A stretch of 64,000 nt of DNA, from assembly GCA_951406725.2 (NCBI GenBank), contig OX597818.1, positions 8,990,001-9,054,000 of the forward strand, read 5' to 3'. Position numbers and translations under genes: made by a program. The stretch comes from Octopus vulgaris (lineage: Eukaryota). This document shows, piece after piece, positions 1-12,469 of the stretch. A model generated the notes under the pieces. It did not search any database. It was not told the origin of the DNA and saw nothing but the letters and a program-made list of their open reading frames with translations. Every line of letters begins with the position of its first letter. The stretch's first letter is position 1.

Positions 1-2239
1 CTTGAGGCACGCCACTGCTCGCACTGGAGACGTCGGACCGCGAACCATTAACTTGAACTTGGAAGGAGCGATCTGAGAGGAAGGCACCAACCCATCGTAC
101 AATATCCGGATGGAAACTATATGCTTGAAGCTTGACAAGTAGTAGGCGGTGGTTTACCGAGTCAAAAGCTTTGGCAAAGTCCAATAAAACGATGTCAACA
201 GCATCACTATCATCGAGGATGCGCGTCACCAATTCTTCCATTACTAGTAAGTTGGTCAAGCATGATCTCTTCGGCACGAAGCCGTGTTGGGAATCAGTGA
301 TCGAGGCTGTGCTTAGGAGGTGGAGCATCATACTTTTCTTAAGGATGGTTTCGAACATCTTGCTGATTATTGATGTAAGGGAAACCGGTCGGTAGTTAAG
401 CGGGTCTTCGCGGCTCCCTTTCTTGAAAATTGGGCAGATTATCGCTGTTCTCCAGTCTGCAGGTATAACACCCGTCGCCAATGACATATTGAATAGTCGT
501 GTTAAGGGCTCGCAGATGACCGGAGCCAACGCTTTGATAACCCGTGGGTGTATGCCGTCAGGGCCGTGACCCTTGTTGACATCGAGGCCTTGAATAACAC
601 GTTTGACTTGGTCCCGCGTGATGATCAATCGAAGCATTGGAGGTACCGATCTATCAAATGGAGGGGGTTCACGACCATCATCTTGTTTGAAAATAGTTGA
701 AAAAGCCTCGGCAAATAGTTGACTCTGTTGATAAGGGTCCTCAATCGATACGCCTGTTGAGTCTACCAACGTTGCAATCTGGTTGTTCAAGCGGGAATTC
801 CGCTGGACATGGGCAAAGAATGTTTTTGGATTGCTACTGGCATTTGCCGCGATTTTGTATTCATAACTGAATCGTTCTTTCTTTTCAATTTTCACGGCTC
901 GGTCTCGTTGAGTTTTGTACACCTCAAAAGCTGCAGTCGAATCCAGATTTTTGAATTCAGCCCAAGCAATATATCTGAGTCGACGTTCTCGTTTAACCTT
1001 CTTCGTCACCCAGGGCTTGTGTTTCTTCCTCTTGGGAAGTCCAACGGGAACTGCCTGGTCAGTCAAACAGATTACATATGCTTTGAGGGATGACCATAGT
1101 TCGTCAACTGAGGACAACGTCATCAGGGAACGCCAGTCCAGAAGCGCGGAAGCCTCGGTTAGAATTTCAAGATTAATTGCAGAGAAGACTCTACGTGGCA
1201 GCGAAGTAATCGTGGGCGTGGAAAAAGTTGTGTGCATGACGAACTTCAGGACCGCATGATCACTCTTGGCAAGAGGGGCGCACACAGATACGTCTGACAC
1301 TGATCTTGGATAGCGGGAGAATACCAGATCTAGCATAGATGGCTGCTGCCCAGACCGATGCCTTGTCGGATATTCAACATGTTGCGATAGAAAACAATCT
1401 TCAGCCACGTCAAGAAGGGCCTGGCCGAACCGGGAAGATGTTGTACAAATTGATGCGGGCCAATCGATCGTGGGAGCGTTGAAGTCGCCTAGTACCAAGC
1501 AGTCATGCGAAGCTGAAACGAATCTTATCGCCTCGAGTAGATGAGCATCGTCCTGGGGGTCGGCTAGAGGCGGCCTGTAGACAGCCAACACGGGCAGGCA
1601 AAACTCAGATAGGCTCAGCTTGCAATAGACGGCATCGAATTTGGTTGTAGGTTGAGCATTTGTGGGTAGAATACCGCAGGACGGTTTGTGCTCAGACTTA
1701 ACATACACAGCAACACCTCCACCTCGCCTTTTTCCTCTGTCACATCTGAAAAGGACGTAGCCCTGCAGGTGGATCTCTGAGTCCTTTACTGCTGGAGTCA
1801 GCCAAGTCTCGGTGATAGCTATCACATCAGGGGAGTCGCGTAGGGCCAGTGTAAATAGTTCACTGAACTTTGGGAATAAGGAGCACGAGTTGGTGTAGAC
1901 GATGCTGGGCTGTGAAGTCTGAGGGGCGGGAGTTGGGGAACAAGCAGAATAAAGGGCATCAGAGATAGCATCGTTGACGGGGGTATCAACTTCACTTCGA
2001 TTTGCCCTCACATCACTTTCCCTGTCAGCACTACAGCATGGGACCAGAGGTAGGACTTGATTATCTGTCCATCTTGGATTCGTAAACCCTTCTCTCCCAT
2101 TTGTTTCCTCATCTTTAGCTCGGATATCAGGTTCCTCCGGCGAATTCTCTCTCTTAGTGAGTATTCCTCGCGAAAACCCATATTGGGGTCCTCCCAGGCA
2201 TGCGTCTGAGCTCTGTTCAGAAAGACTGAAGCCTCCCGA
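1..2239 (-). CDS. LINE ORF2 (APE endonuclease + reverse transcriptase), partial and open to the window edge
   Basis: Manual translation: IVYTNSCSL..DVIAITETWL..RCDRGKRRGGGVAVYV..VYRPP..GDFNAP..LDLVFS..SDH (APE); PIFKKGSREDPLNYRPVSLTS..QHGFVPKRSCLTNL..LDFAKAFDSVNH..SGVPQ (RT). The same frame is used at 2239 and at position 4. 2239 is the first codon after the upstream stop, not a start codon. Confidence 0.92.
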
Positions 2240-2383
2240 TCAGAAGAAAAGATTACCCTTATTGGGCGTGGTCTAGTATCTGCGGTTGGGTTCGCTTGGA
2301 ATCTTCCTAGCCGAGCGACCTTAAGAACACTGACATTTTCGTTCACAGAGAACAATTTTCCAACCAAAATGGAAACAAAATTA
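2008..2383 (-). CDS. LINE ORF1 C-terminal fragment
   Basis: ARLGRFQANPTADTRPRPIRVIF..FREEYSLRERIRRRNLISELKMRKQMGEKGLRIQDGQII resembles the typical CR1-group ORF1 C-terminus (RLG..RPRPI.V..DLT..ER). Confidence 0.8.
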
Positions 2384-4533
2384 ATGTATCTCACTCACAC
2401 ATACATAACTATCTCGGTAAAAAAATGAACACATTGTATAATATAGCGCTATTTATTAGGCATGGGAAAAAAAGGAACGATTTTGATCAGTCTTTTAGAT
2501 TAATACTGACCTCGAGCATTACATCCATACAAAAGTTAAACAAATAAGTTATGTTTCATTTAGTAATTAACCTAATTTTTATACACACGTCTTCTACAAG
2601 ACACTAAATATAAAACATTCATTTCCTGATTTCTACAATTTACTCACCTGTTTCCACTTATTCCCGTTTGCACCTATCAGAGGTGGAAGATTGGTGTCAA
2701 AAAGAAAAAGTAGGAGACATTAAAGTAGTAATGAGGAAATATATATTTTAGATTTCCAGATAGTAGTCCCCTTCATCCCACCATATAAAAGAATTTTAAA
2801 TTAATTTAATACTTACTACTCATTTCTCAGCTATACGTGTTTCTTGAGGTTCTTTTACAGTTCATAAAGCACGCAGTGTTTTACAGGAACCTTTCTTAAA
2901 ACGAAACCCCAATTAGCAGGCCTCTAAATAACTTTATCATAGTTCAATACCAAATACTATATTTTAATTTTAACATATAAATATGTGTATGTGTAAATAG
3001 ATTTGCTGGACCTTACTGTGCAAGCCATGATTTAATTCAAATAAAAAATAACCAATAAAAATAAAAATAAAAAATACGAATAAAAAATAAAAAAATTACA
3101 AAAACTAAATTCTCACGTAACTTATGTCTGTAAACATTCATATAAAATTAATAATATATAGGGATAAAAATAAAATATATACTTGTGATGATATAATAAT
3201 GAAAGCAATGACAAATAAATATTTTCGAATAAAAACTATAGTACGAATGACCAAATGCCAAAAAAAAAAAAAAAATTACAAATGATACGAATGATAAAAA
3301 TAAAAATTTACGAAGTAAAAATAACTTAAGGGTAACGTAAAAGAACCTCAAGAAACACGTGTAGCTTAGAAATGAGTAATAAGTATTCAATTAAATTAAA
3401 ATACTTTTATATGGTGGGATGAAGGGGACTACTATCTCTAAATAATATATATATATATATCATAACGAACTATGTAAATCACACTCTGGAAAATTTATTT
3501 CTGTAAAATGTTGAGTAGGTAAAATTTCTGAGTCACCATCTCATTCCACCCCGTTTTTCGGACCGCAAGAACGGTTTTGTAGCATATTAGGTCAATTAGG
3601 TCAGGGTACTTGATTGCACGCAAAAAATCCGATTTTCTTTTTTCTTACTGAAAATGGTGCAGGTGTTAATCTAAAAATTTACCATCTGTTTTTATTTTTC
3701 GCCATTGCTAGACAGGAGATTTAACTCATGTTAGCAAACTTATGGAGTTCAGTGACGTGGAAATTGATAAAAGTTTTGGTTGAAAATCTGTTTTTCCCGC
3801 TATCCGCTGGTACCTTAGGGAAAATAAGTTGGCAATAACACAGCCATGGTCCTGACCAATGTCCTAAAATTCGAGCGACATGCGTGCTAATTTGTGGAAA
3901 TGCATAAATTACATTCATGTACACACGCACAACCTCCTTTTTATAGATATAGTTATATATATATATATATATACAGTGAATTATTCTATTTCCCTAAATA
4001 TCTGTGTTTGTCGTCCTACCTATTTACAACAGGTAATTGAAGATACCAGCTGATGGAAGATTGACTATTATTACGTAGCAATGAACCTAGAGTTCAGATT
4101 TTTCTCAATAATGCAAAAACACAACCTACAGAAAGCAAACAAAAAACGTCTTTCCATAATGGCTTATCCTTTTAGAACTAGCAACAATATGTATCTCACT
4201 CACACATACATAACTATCTCGGTAAAAAAATGAACACATTGTATAATATAGCGCTATTTATTAGGCATGGGAAAAACAGAGTCAAAAAAGGAACGATTTT
4301 GATCAGTCTTTTAGATTAATACTGACCTCGAGCATTACATCCATACAAAAGTTAAACAAATAAGTTATTTTTCATTTAGTAATTAACCTAATTTTTATAC
4401 ACACGTCTTCTACAAGACACTAAATATAAAACATTCATTTCCTGATTTCTACAATTTACTCACCTGTTTCCACTTATTCCCGTTTGCACCTATCAGAGGT
4501 GGAAGATTGGTGTCAAAAAGAAAAAGTAGGAGA
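2384..4533. repeat. Near-identical ~335-345 bp direct repeat (2384-2717 and 4189-4533)
   Basis: Both copies run atgtatctcactcacacatacataac...gaaaaagtaggaga; they differ mainly by an ~11-bp indel after catgggaaaa. Confidence 0.95.
2758..3437. mobile_element. Inverted-repeat element (~100-bp arms 2758-2858 / 3337-3437), possibly PLE pLTR-derived
   Basis: agatagtagtccccttcatcccaccatataaaag... is the reverse complement of ...cttttatatggtgggatgaaggggactactatct; the arm carries GAAACACGTGTA. Confidence 0.7.
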
Positions 4534-5995
4534 AAACATAAGAAGTAGTGTTTGTGTAACTTTCTGTGTCTTTCTATTTATGTAATGTAGCTTTGATAGA
4601 GTATTAAGGATACAGCCAAACCCAATCCCATACACACCCCTGCGCGCACACACAAAAAGATATGTATTTATATGGATATACACATGCGCACACACATACA
4701 GTATATATTCTTAGATATAGATACTGTGCGGAGCAATTGTATTGTTAGAATCCAAGAACACATACACACGCATACCCACGCACAAGCACGCACAACCATG
4801 CATACCTCATATATATATATATGCGTATACTAAAATATACGAAACGCTCACGCAACATGACTACACTTATATATTAACTATAAGTGTAGCACGAAACACT
4901 ATTAAATAAAATATATGCGCGTACAATGATGTTAAACAACTTTGTGTACACTTACATGTGGAAAGATCTTAGGTGCTAGAAAAAGACTCGGAAGAAATTT
5001 CTCCTCATAGAAAGTGGGGAAAAACACATTTGCCGCTGAATGAAAGCCTTCAAACGCCCACCTACCCAATCTGATCTTCCCCCACCTCTCAAAGTGGCCA
5101 CCTACTTTTATTCAGGCTTTATATGTATTGCTTTGCTGCGTTTAAAGACGGTATTTCGGCGCAGTCGTAAGATGCGGTCAGTATGCCCGAACGGATTCTA
5201 TTGTGTTCAATATATATGTTCTTTAAGCGATGTGGATATCGATCGCAGAAACGTGTTATAACAGAAATCTTGATATTTCTCTCATACACGTAGTGTTGTT
5301 TATAGTACATCATAGACCTGCTATAATTGCGGGTACTATAACAGAAGGCAACTTATAATGCGATAATTTTGTCGCACAGGTGACGCATCCTAGAAGAACA
5401 GGACTCTTACACCAACGGGAGTAGGCGTTGCGAGCTGTACATAGCTGAACGGGCGAGAATATTATAGAACTCTCCCCCTCTTTCTCTCTCTCTCTCTCTT
5501 GACCCCGGGAACATCTCAAATTCCAGGAGTGAAGTCTTCGGACCCTGCTTACTCTTCAGGAAATTCCTATTGAAATTATAAGACTACCAAGCCAACCTGG
5601 TTGATTACGGAGAGTGGTCTAAATGAGACAATACCTTGTGCTTCTCCCTTCTCCTTTGCCTGTGCGTTCAACAACTGGCCGCACGGCCCTTTCCGTCTAC
5701 AATTAGAAGAGAGATTACAGGCCACAGCAATTCGCGTCTGAAGAGACGCCGTAAAGCTTCATGGACATGAAATCCATTGTAACACTATAGACCGAGCATA
5801 ACACCTGTCTGTTAGACATGGCAGTCGTTGGGCCTAGCCCACAATATATGAAAAAATAAGTGACATTTATATGTATATATGTACGTACGTACATAAATAG
5901 CCATGTATGTAGGTATATATATATATATATATATACATACATACATACATACATACACACACACATACGCGCGCACACACACACACACATATATA

Positions 5996-6118
5996 TTGGC
6001 CTGCTCGCTTAGCCAGTGGGCTGGCATCATTTGAAGGCTAAAGCAATGCGAAGCGCATTGTGACCAGCGATGTGTAGCAACATCTGATAGCCTGGTCACG
6101 GTGATCACGGTGATCACG

Positions 6119-6122
<4 letters not shown>
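5996..6122 (+). mobile_element. SINE 3' fragment
   Basis: Reverse complement of 6177-6292. Confidence 0.8.
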
Positions 6123-6173
<51 letters not shown>

Positions 6174-6176
6174 TAT

Positions 6177-6481
6177 ATCACCGTGACCGACCAGGCTATC
6201 AGATGATGCTTCACATCGCTGGTCACAATGCGCTTCACATTGTTTTTAAGCCTTCAAATGACGCCACCCCGCTGGCTAAGCGAGCAGGTCAACAGAAGAA
6301 AGAGTGAGAGAAAGTTGTGGCGAAAAGTACAGCTGGGATCGCCACCACCCTCTGCCGGAGCCTCGTGGAGCTTTAGGTGTTTTCGCTCAATAAACACTCA
6401 CAACGCCCGGTCTAGGAATCGAAACCGCGATCCTACGACAGCGAGTCCGCTGCCCTAACCACTGGGCCATTGCACCTCCAC
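6177..6481 (-). mobile_element. tRNA-derived SINE, full length
   Basis: Minus-strand head ggaggtgcaatggcccagtggttagggcagcggactc...gcggtttcgattcctagacc has Pol III A- and B-box-like motifs; tail ends in (TA)n. Confidence 0.85.
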
Positions 6482-6729
6482 ATATAGTATGTATAACATT
6501 GGTAAACAGCCAGAAAGGTTTTGTAAGTTACAGAGTGCTACTATGGAAGAATCATTGTATAATAATAACTGTATAATAATATATCATAATAATATATCTT
6601 CTCCGATTTGAAGTGCCAAATTTTATAATGCAAACGCCATTTTTAGGTCATTTATTTGTATTTGAAAATTGTCGCATCAAATCGGAGAATATACTTTATT
6701 ATATTTTTATTCCGTTATATTTATTTATA

Positions 6730-6956
6730 AAGGGATGGATCAAAAGTCACCCGCCAGTAAATCAAAATTCCATCAATACTATTTGTAATTCTCTGTATTG
6801 ACTCGAATGGGAAAATCTGTCGCTAAAGGTCTTCCACTTTTACAATATTCATACATCCTATTTATTACTTGCTTTTATTACATTCATTCAGTTAAACGTA
6901 AATAAATCTTGGAATTAAATGGTTTTTGATTTACTGTTAGTTGACTTTTGGCCATA
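6730..6956. mobile_element. Tc1/mariner-like MITE remnant
   Basis: Imperfect TIRs ggatcaaaagtcacccgccagta / tactgttagttgacttttggcca, flanked by TA. Confidence 0.45.
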
Positions 6957-6959
6957 TAT

Positions 6960-7045
<86 letters not shown>

Positions 7046-7439
7046 ATGTATGTATGAATGTATGTATGTATGTATGTATATAATTCAAATGACGTTGAAA
7101 GTCCAGATGCGTTGACATATATTGAAAGATACAGATAAGGAAATAATATTATTCTCAAACGCAGGATAATGCAAATAATATGGCATGAACAGGTTAAACT
7201 ATCCATATTTTGCAGAATAATGTGTCGGCGGCCAGGCATGAGGCTTCTACTCACATCCTTGTGATTACACTTTAAGTGCTTTACCATTAAGCTAAACTGC
7301 CCAGCGACAAATTCTTCTACAATTTTAGGATATATAAATCTTGTTTTATAAGACGCTATCCTACGTTATATAGGTAATATATATATATAATATCATATTT
7401 TATAAAGTTATATGATATAATATCTCTAAACATTCATGT

Positions 7440-7900
7440 GTTCCAGTCATTTAGAGGCCTTCTTGATGATATATTTTCTTTCAGTTTTGTTGTCGTTTTA
7501 TGGATTGAAGTTGGTCTATGATTGAGTTCGTAGCAACCCATCTTCAATGAATGTATCCTTCAATCATTGGGTGTTCCCATGCAGTTGTTAGGAGTTAATC
7601 AAAATTTATTTTTCTTGTTGAAGTTTCAGTTGAATTCTTTTGTATTTTTAGTAAGTACTTGAACAGTTGAAGACCTCTAAATGTCACGCGGGTATATCAG
7701 AATATTTTTGCTCATGATTTTGAAGGTTGAATATTTCGAAGCAGACACTGTCTACCAATTCGTGAATTTAAATTTTCACTAAGAGCCAAGTTTGGAACAT
7801 GCCTTTCCCAAAATTTTCCATGAATATCTGATAATATATCTATCCCTTCGAGGATCATAACTGTGAAGAAGGCGATCTCAGTAATTAAGGCTTATTTTAT
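7440..7900 (-). mobile_element. Decayed LINE 3' ORF2 fragment (CR1-like)
   Basis: Stop-ridden translation VTFRGLQLFKYLLK..FD*LLT..P resembles the CR1 C-terminal GPRLFN.LP..LD motif. Confidence 0.4.
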
Positions 7901-8439
7901 TGGTTTTCCTTATGAAACCGAATGGGTTTGGACGCCATATGTGTGAGCGGTAATCTAATCTGCTCGGAATTAAGGTTTTCTATAGAGTCAGCTATAACGA
8001 ATTAATAGCATCTTCAATGATATAAACATTATTGGCCTCACATAGATAGTGCATGTGTTTTGTTTATTCGTCCACTTACTGTGGGATAGCGTGCAAGGAA
8101 TGTTCTATGATGATGAGTGTTAAAGAACACTGAATATCCAAGAATTGGTAAGGTGACTCACTTTTTATTCGTAACATAATTTTGTTTGGCATATGTTACA
8201 GAATACCAGTAACTTGACTTTAGACTCTTTGTATATATGTCTCACACCAGAGATTCCCATAGTTTCGTTGTGTTTCGAGTTCCATGGCGTTTAGGATCCA
8301 CAATAAAGGCAAAATATGGACATCTATCATTCTCGATCACCTTGAGGTGAGTTGTCTCACCTGATCTCCGTAACTGCGAATCTAACCAGCGGCTTACTAG
8401 TATATTATTGCGGTTAGTTTGTAATTTATGAGGTACTGT

Positions 8440-9320
8440 GCGAACGAATCTTCCGCTATTCTGGAGTAAGCATTTTTCTTTTCTTAAGAATAAGTTCCAG
8501 GAACGAATATTTAAGCAAATTGCCGAGTCAAATCAGTAAGGAGTATGGATATTTATGATTTCTTCCACACAGTTTCCTAATCTTGATTTGAAAAGGGTGG
8601 AGAAAGGTACATTTAGTGTAACTGATATTATATTTGATAAAGGCGATGAGTATATTTCTATGGAAAAGGCAATCATTTATGTCTAATTATAGATAAAGTA
8701 GTTATACATCTGTTACTAAAAGTATACTACGAGAACTAGTTTGAACGCATATATTACATTTGCTGTGAAGATATTTAAGGAAATAATGGGATTTATAAGG
8801 GTAGTAATTATAGCCCAATATTGACAAATTTGTATTCTTTTAGTAACAGATGTATAACCTCTCTATCGATAATTAAACATAAACGATCGCCCGTTTTCAT
8901 GAAAATATACTCATCGCCTTTATTAAATACAATATCAATTACACTACATGCACCTTTGTCGACCCTTTTCAAATAAAGTTTACGATACAGTGTGGAAATC
9001 TATGCTTAAGTTAAAAAGGGCTTTGGTCAAACAACTCAGATGATGCTGTAAGTATGTTGAGAATATTTTTATTCCTAACTACAAGAATTCTGAACATTTG
9101 CTGGGAAAAATATATCCTACAGACCTCGAAGCGATTAGAAATTCTGACGCCGTAAATGAAGTTAACTGTTTAGATGTTAAAGTAGTGAGTGTAGGCAGTA
9201 AGATCGTGACTTGTATTCATAATACTGATAGTTATAATTTCCGCATTGCATCGTGCCTTGAGCGGATAGTACAATTCCTCTTTGGATAGTGTGAAACGTG
9301 TTTTCCAGGAAGGTTATCAA
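8440..9320 (+). mobile_element. Decayed Penelope-like element RT fragment with internal inverted duplication
   Basis: Fragments MDIYDF, NAYITFAVKIFKEIMG..GSNYSPILTNLYSF, KYVENIFIPNYKN..LGKIYPTDLE..VNCLDVKV..DSYNFRI follow the motif order of PLE RTs. Confidence 0.7.
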
Positions 9321-9562
9321 ACAGGTTATGATACTGAAGTTGGAATGTTTTTGGACAGGGTTAAAATGTGAAAAGTGTACATGGAAAAAGAAGCATGGTG
9401 AAAGTTTGAGGAAAAAAAAATGGAATGATCTCCGACTGGAAGTTGGGGTTGATAGTGGAAGGAGAGTTGGGGTGTTAGATGTTATTAACTATTGTGTACA
9501 AAATCACTTCCGTTAAGTAGTTACCATTCACTATAATGGAAAACTATTAATCATTTGAAATT

Positions 9563-9640
9563 AACTTCAGCCAATGGCGGTGCCCCAGCATGGCCACAGC
9601 TCATGAGCTGAAACTAAAAAATCAAAATCAAAATCAAAAA
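9563..9640 (+). mobile_element. LINE/SINE 3' tail fragment
   Basis: ggcggtgccccagcatggccacagc..gctgaaac is shared with the 3' ends of the SINEs at 25.4, 47.9, 56.6 and 57.9 kb. Confidence 0.55.
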
Positions 9641-9969
9641 ATTGACATATAATGCTCTTCTGGTACTAAGCGGTTAAAATATAAGTATAGAGTCTGTTAA
9701 TTTCTCTGAAACGCATGAGGTTTTGTCATATGTAGAATAAATTTCTTAGGATGTATGTGTTTCAGTAGTTTCCAATGTTTATAGATCTTAGTGTATATGT
9801 AGATTTAAATTCCATATATATTTGTTTATTCTATAATTTGGATTTTAGTTTGAATATTAATCAGGTAACGTGCATATTGGCCATTTAATTTCAGTCTCTC
9901 TTTAAGTAGGATATCATATTAGTTATTTGTTTCAGTTACGTAGTTAAAAAAAAGTTAAAATAGATGATG

Positions 9970-10420
9970 TGTTAAAGGCACAATATCTTTAGAAGTGTAG
10001 CGACCATCGTGCCAGGAGTGTCTCTCAAGAACGTCTATACGCGTTTGGGTACTTAACAAGCGGCAACATGGCATAGACAGTAGCAGAGAGATAATACTCA
10101 TGACAATTTTTAGAATTCTGATGAGAGTGAAAGCAATTTTTGAACTAGACCGGACTAGAGCGCTTCCAAAAGATTAAACTCTATTAAAAAGAGCATGGTC
10201 ACGATATGCTGTAAAACCAAAATAAAAAATGAATGATCTTTCCGATGTGCCACCACAATTTACTTGCACCAGTTTTTCACGCAATGCTTTGATCATCAGG
10301 AGATTACGGCGGAAAATAAGTGTCCAATGTTCTACTCTGTTCAGTAATTTATCCTGTACTTCAGTAAAAATTGAGACACAAACCAATGCATTTGCCTTCG
10401 CACATTACAGAATCGTTCTT
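9970..10420 (+). mobile_element. Possible decayed piggyBac-like transposon 5' fragment
   Basis: Acidic SDESES tract, then CPMFY../LFSNL..KIETQTNAFA, resembling the piggyBac N-terminal F..F...I..ETN.YA motif. Weak. Confidence 0.3.
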
Positions 10421-11797
10421 ATTTTGGAAATCAGATTAACCGAATCGAACAGGCCTTTAATCAATATGCATATATATTTCATTAAGCGGTTTAGTATTTT
10501 GTTTTCGAGCTCAATATATAAAGACATAAAGCATTTTTTGTCCCAATATAGGAAGGTTTGAATGAGATATGAGTGTTATGTCTACTTGAGCCAACGATCA
10601 TGTCTTTCAAACGTTAGTGCCACGATTGAATCAGAGTGCGAACAACACATCTTAGAATGGAAAGAGTTGTTTCTAAGATATAAAAAGTTAAATTAAACAA
10701 TTAAGGAAATTAGCATGAAATATGGGATATGGAATAGAGATCTTGAACAAATAAATTAAATGAGCGAGATAAAAAGGAACATAAAAAGCAAAACTGTAAA
10801 GTCAAAATATTAATTCTAGAGATACTTATATACGTCATTTTAAAATAATGAGCAATCTAACTCGTATATCAACATAACACAAAATGTATTTTCAGGCACG
10901 TAAGATAGGTTATAATCTAATAAAATTGCAGACCTGTGAAATATTTTAATAAAAATTTCATTATAACGGCTATAAATTGGCTTCTCAAAGTAAATTGGTG
11001 AATTATAAGAATACAAGATGAGTTATCTTAACATTTGCAGAGTTTGCTGCTGAAATTATATATATATATATTTTTTGGTCTTGTTACTAAAGTAAATATT
11101 TATCTTCGGTTGAAATATTTAGATAATAATTTATTTTTCTGAACAGATACGCATTGAAATAATTTCTTTGTTTTCTTTATGGTGCTTTTTAAAAATACTT
11201 TATTATCATTTACATACGCATACTTATTTGTATTTCAACATTTGTATTGCAAGGGGAGGGAATTGCTTGTATGTTTATATATAGCTATTTGTCTTGTGCA
11301 CAGAAAATACACATTCACACAACGTTTATACCTGTGTTTGCAAATATGTACATATATATTTGAATGCATATAAAATTTGCATTATAGATGCACGTGTCGA
11401 ATGTAAATATTGATTTATGCACGCGCATAGACACACACAGAGCTAGGTAGGTAGATGGTTATATATACACTCATAGATACATACTTACATGCATATATGT
11501 ATTTATATATAGATATTATGGGTGTACATGGAGTGGGGGTAACAAGCAGGTTTTTGTAAATACGAGGTTTTAGTTTCCGGCCTACAGTGCAATATTTTGG
11601 ACTAATGCCGTCTACACAACTTCCGGGCGAATAATGCCTTGGGTACTGAGGTCGATTTGTTCAAGTAAATCCATCAAGGCCGCAGTCATGTAACTTAAAC
11701 AGGAGAAAAAATAAGTATATGCAAATATATGCATATATATGTGAGGGCTGTACACACACACACACACACACACATATATATGTTTGTGTGTGTGCAT

Positions 11798-11831
<34 letters not shown>

Positions 11832-12469
11832 GTATTTGTATAAGTATGTATGTATGCATGTATGAACACACGCACGCATATATAAAATATGTCTATGTAT
11901 GAATGTATAAATAATCCTCTGCTAGATTTTCAATAACAACATTGTTTTTAATATAGGCATGAAGCCAGAAATCTGGTGGGCTGGAAGTATAGCTTATTTG
12001 GACAGTTGGAATGAAAAGCAGCGATGACCTCGATGACACGAAATCATAATAAAATAGGTTTGAATGAAATATTATGATGCATTTTGTCCCAAAATATTTA
12101 CTAAATATTTTGACAGTACATCGTACTTAAATTTAAATTTAGACAGAAAAACAAAAATGTTTATAGAAAGATGTTAGTCGACTAGATCTCCTCGTGTACT
12201 TCACTGGAACTTTATTCCGGAGACATGATAGGTGAGATTGACCTCGTTTTGCGATTCGAAGTATGAATGAATGTAAATTTTTAGAATACTGCATTGCATT
12301 TTCTAAAAGACCAACGGTTTTGCTGAGTAATCGTTTATGTCATCGACTCTTAGCCTTACATTTTTAGAAAGTGGGCTAATCGATAAATTGACCTCAGATC
12401 TAATAGACCTGGGACAAATGTTCTATTACATCTCTCCGACAAGCCACTATCTTATCGTCTATGTTTATA

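Larger units (their letters stand above)
1..2383 (-). mobile_element. CR1/L2-group LINE, 5'-truncated within ORF1, continues past the left edge
   Basis: ORF1 C-terminus followed by an APE endonuclease-RT ORF2 on the minus strand; GC content clearly higher than the flanks; abrupt junction to AT-rich DNA at ~2384. Confidence 0.93.

Noticed and set aside
132-1259. Plus-strand ORFs of 87-114 aa
   Set aside because: Antisense shadows of the CR1 ORF2.
10113-10140. CTGATGA gagt GAAA
   Set aside because: No room for stem II and no stem III or cleavage triplet; reads as SDESES within a transposon relic.
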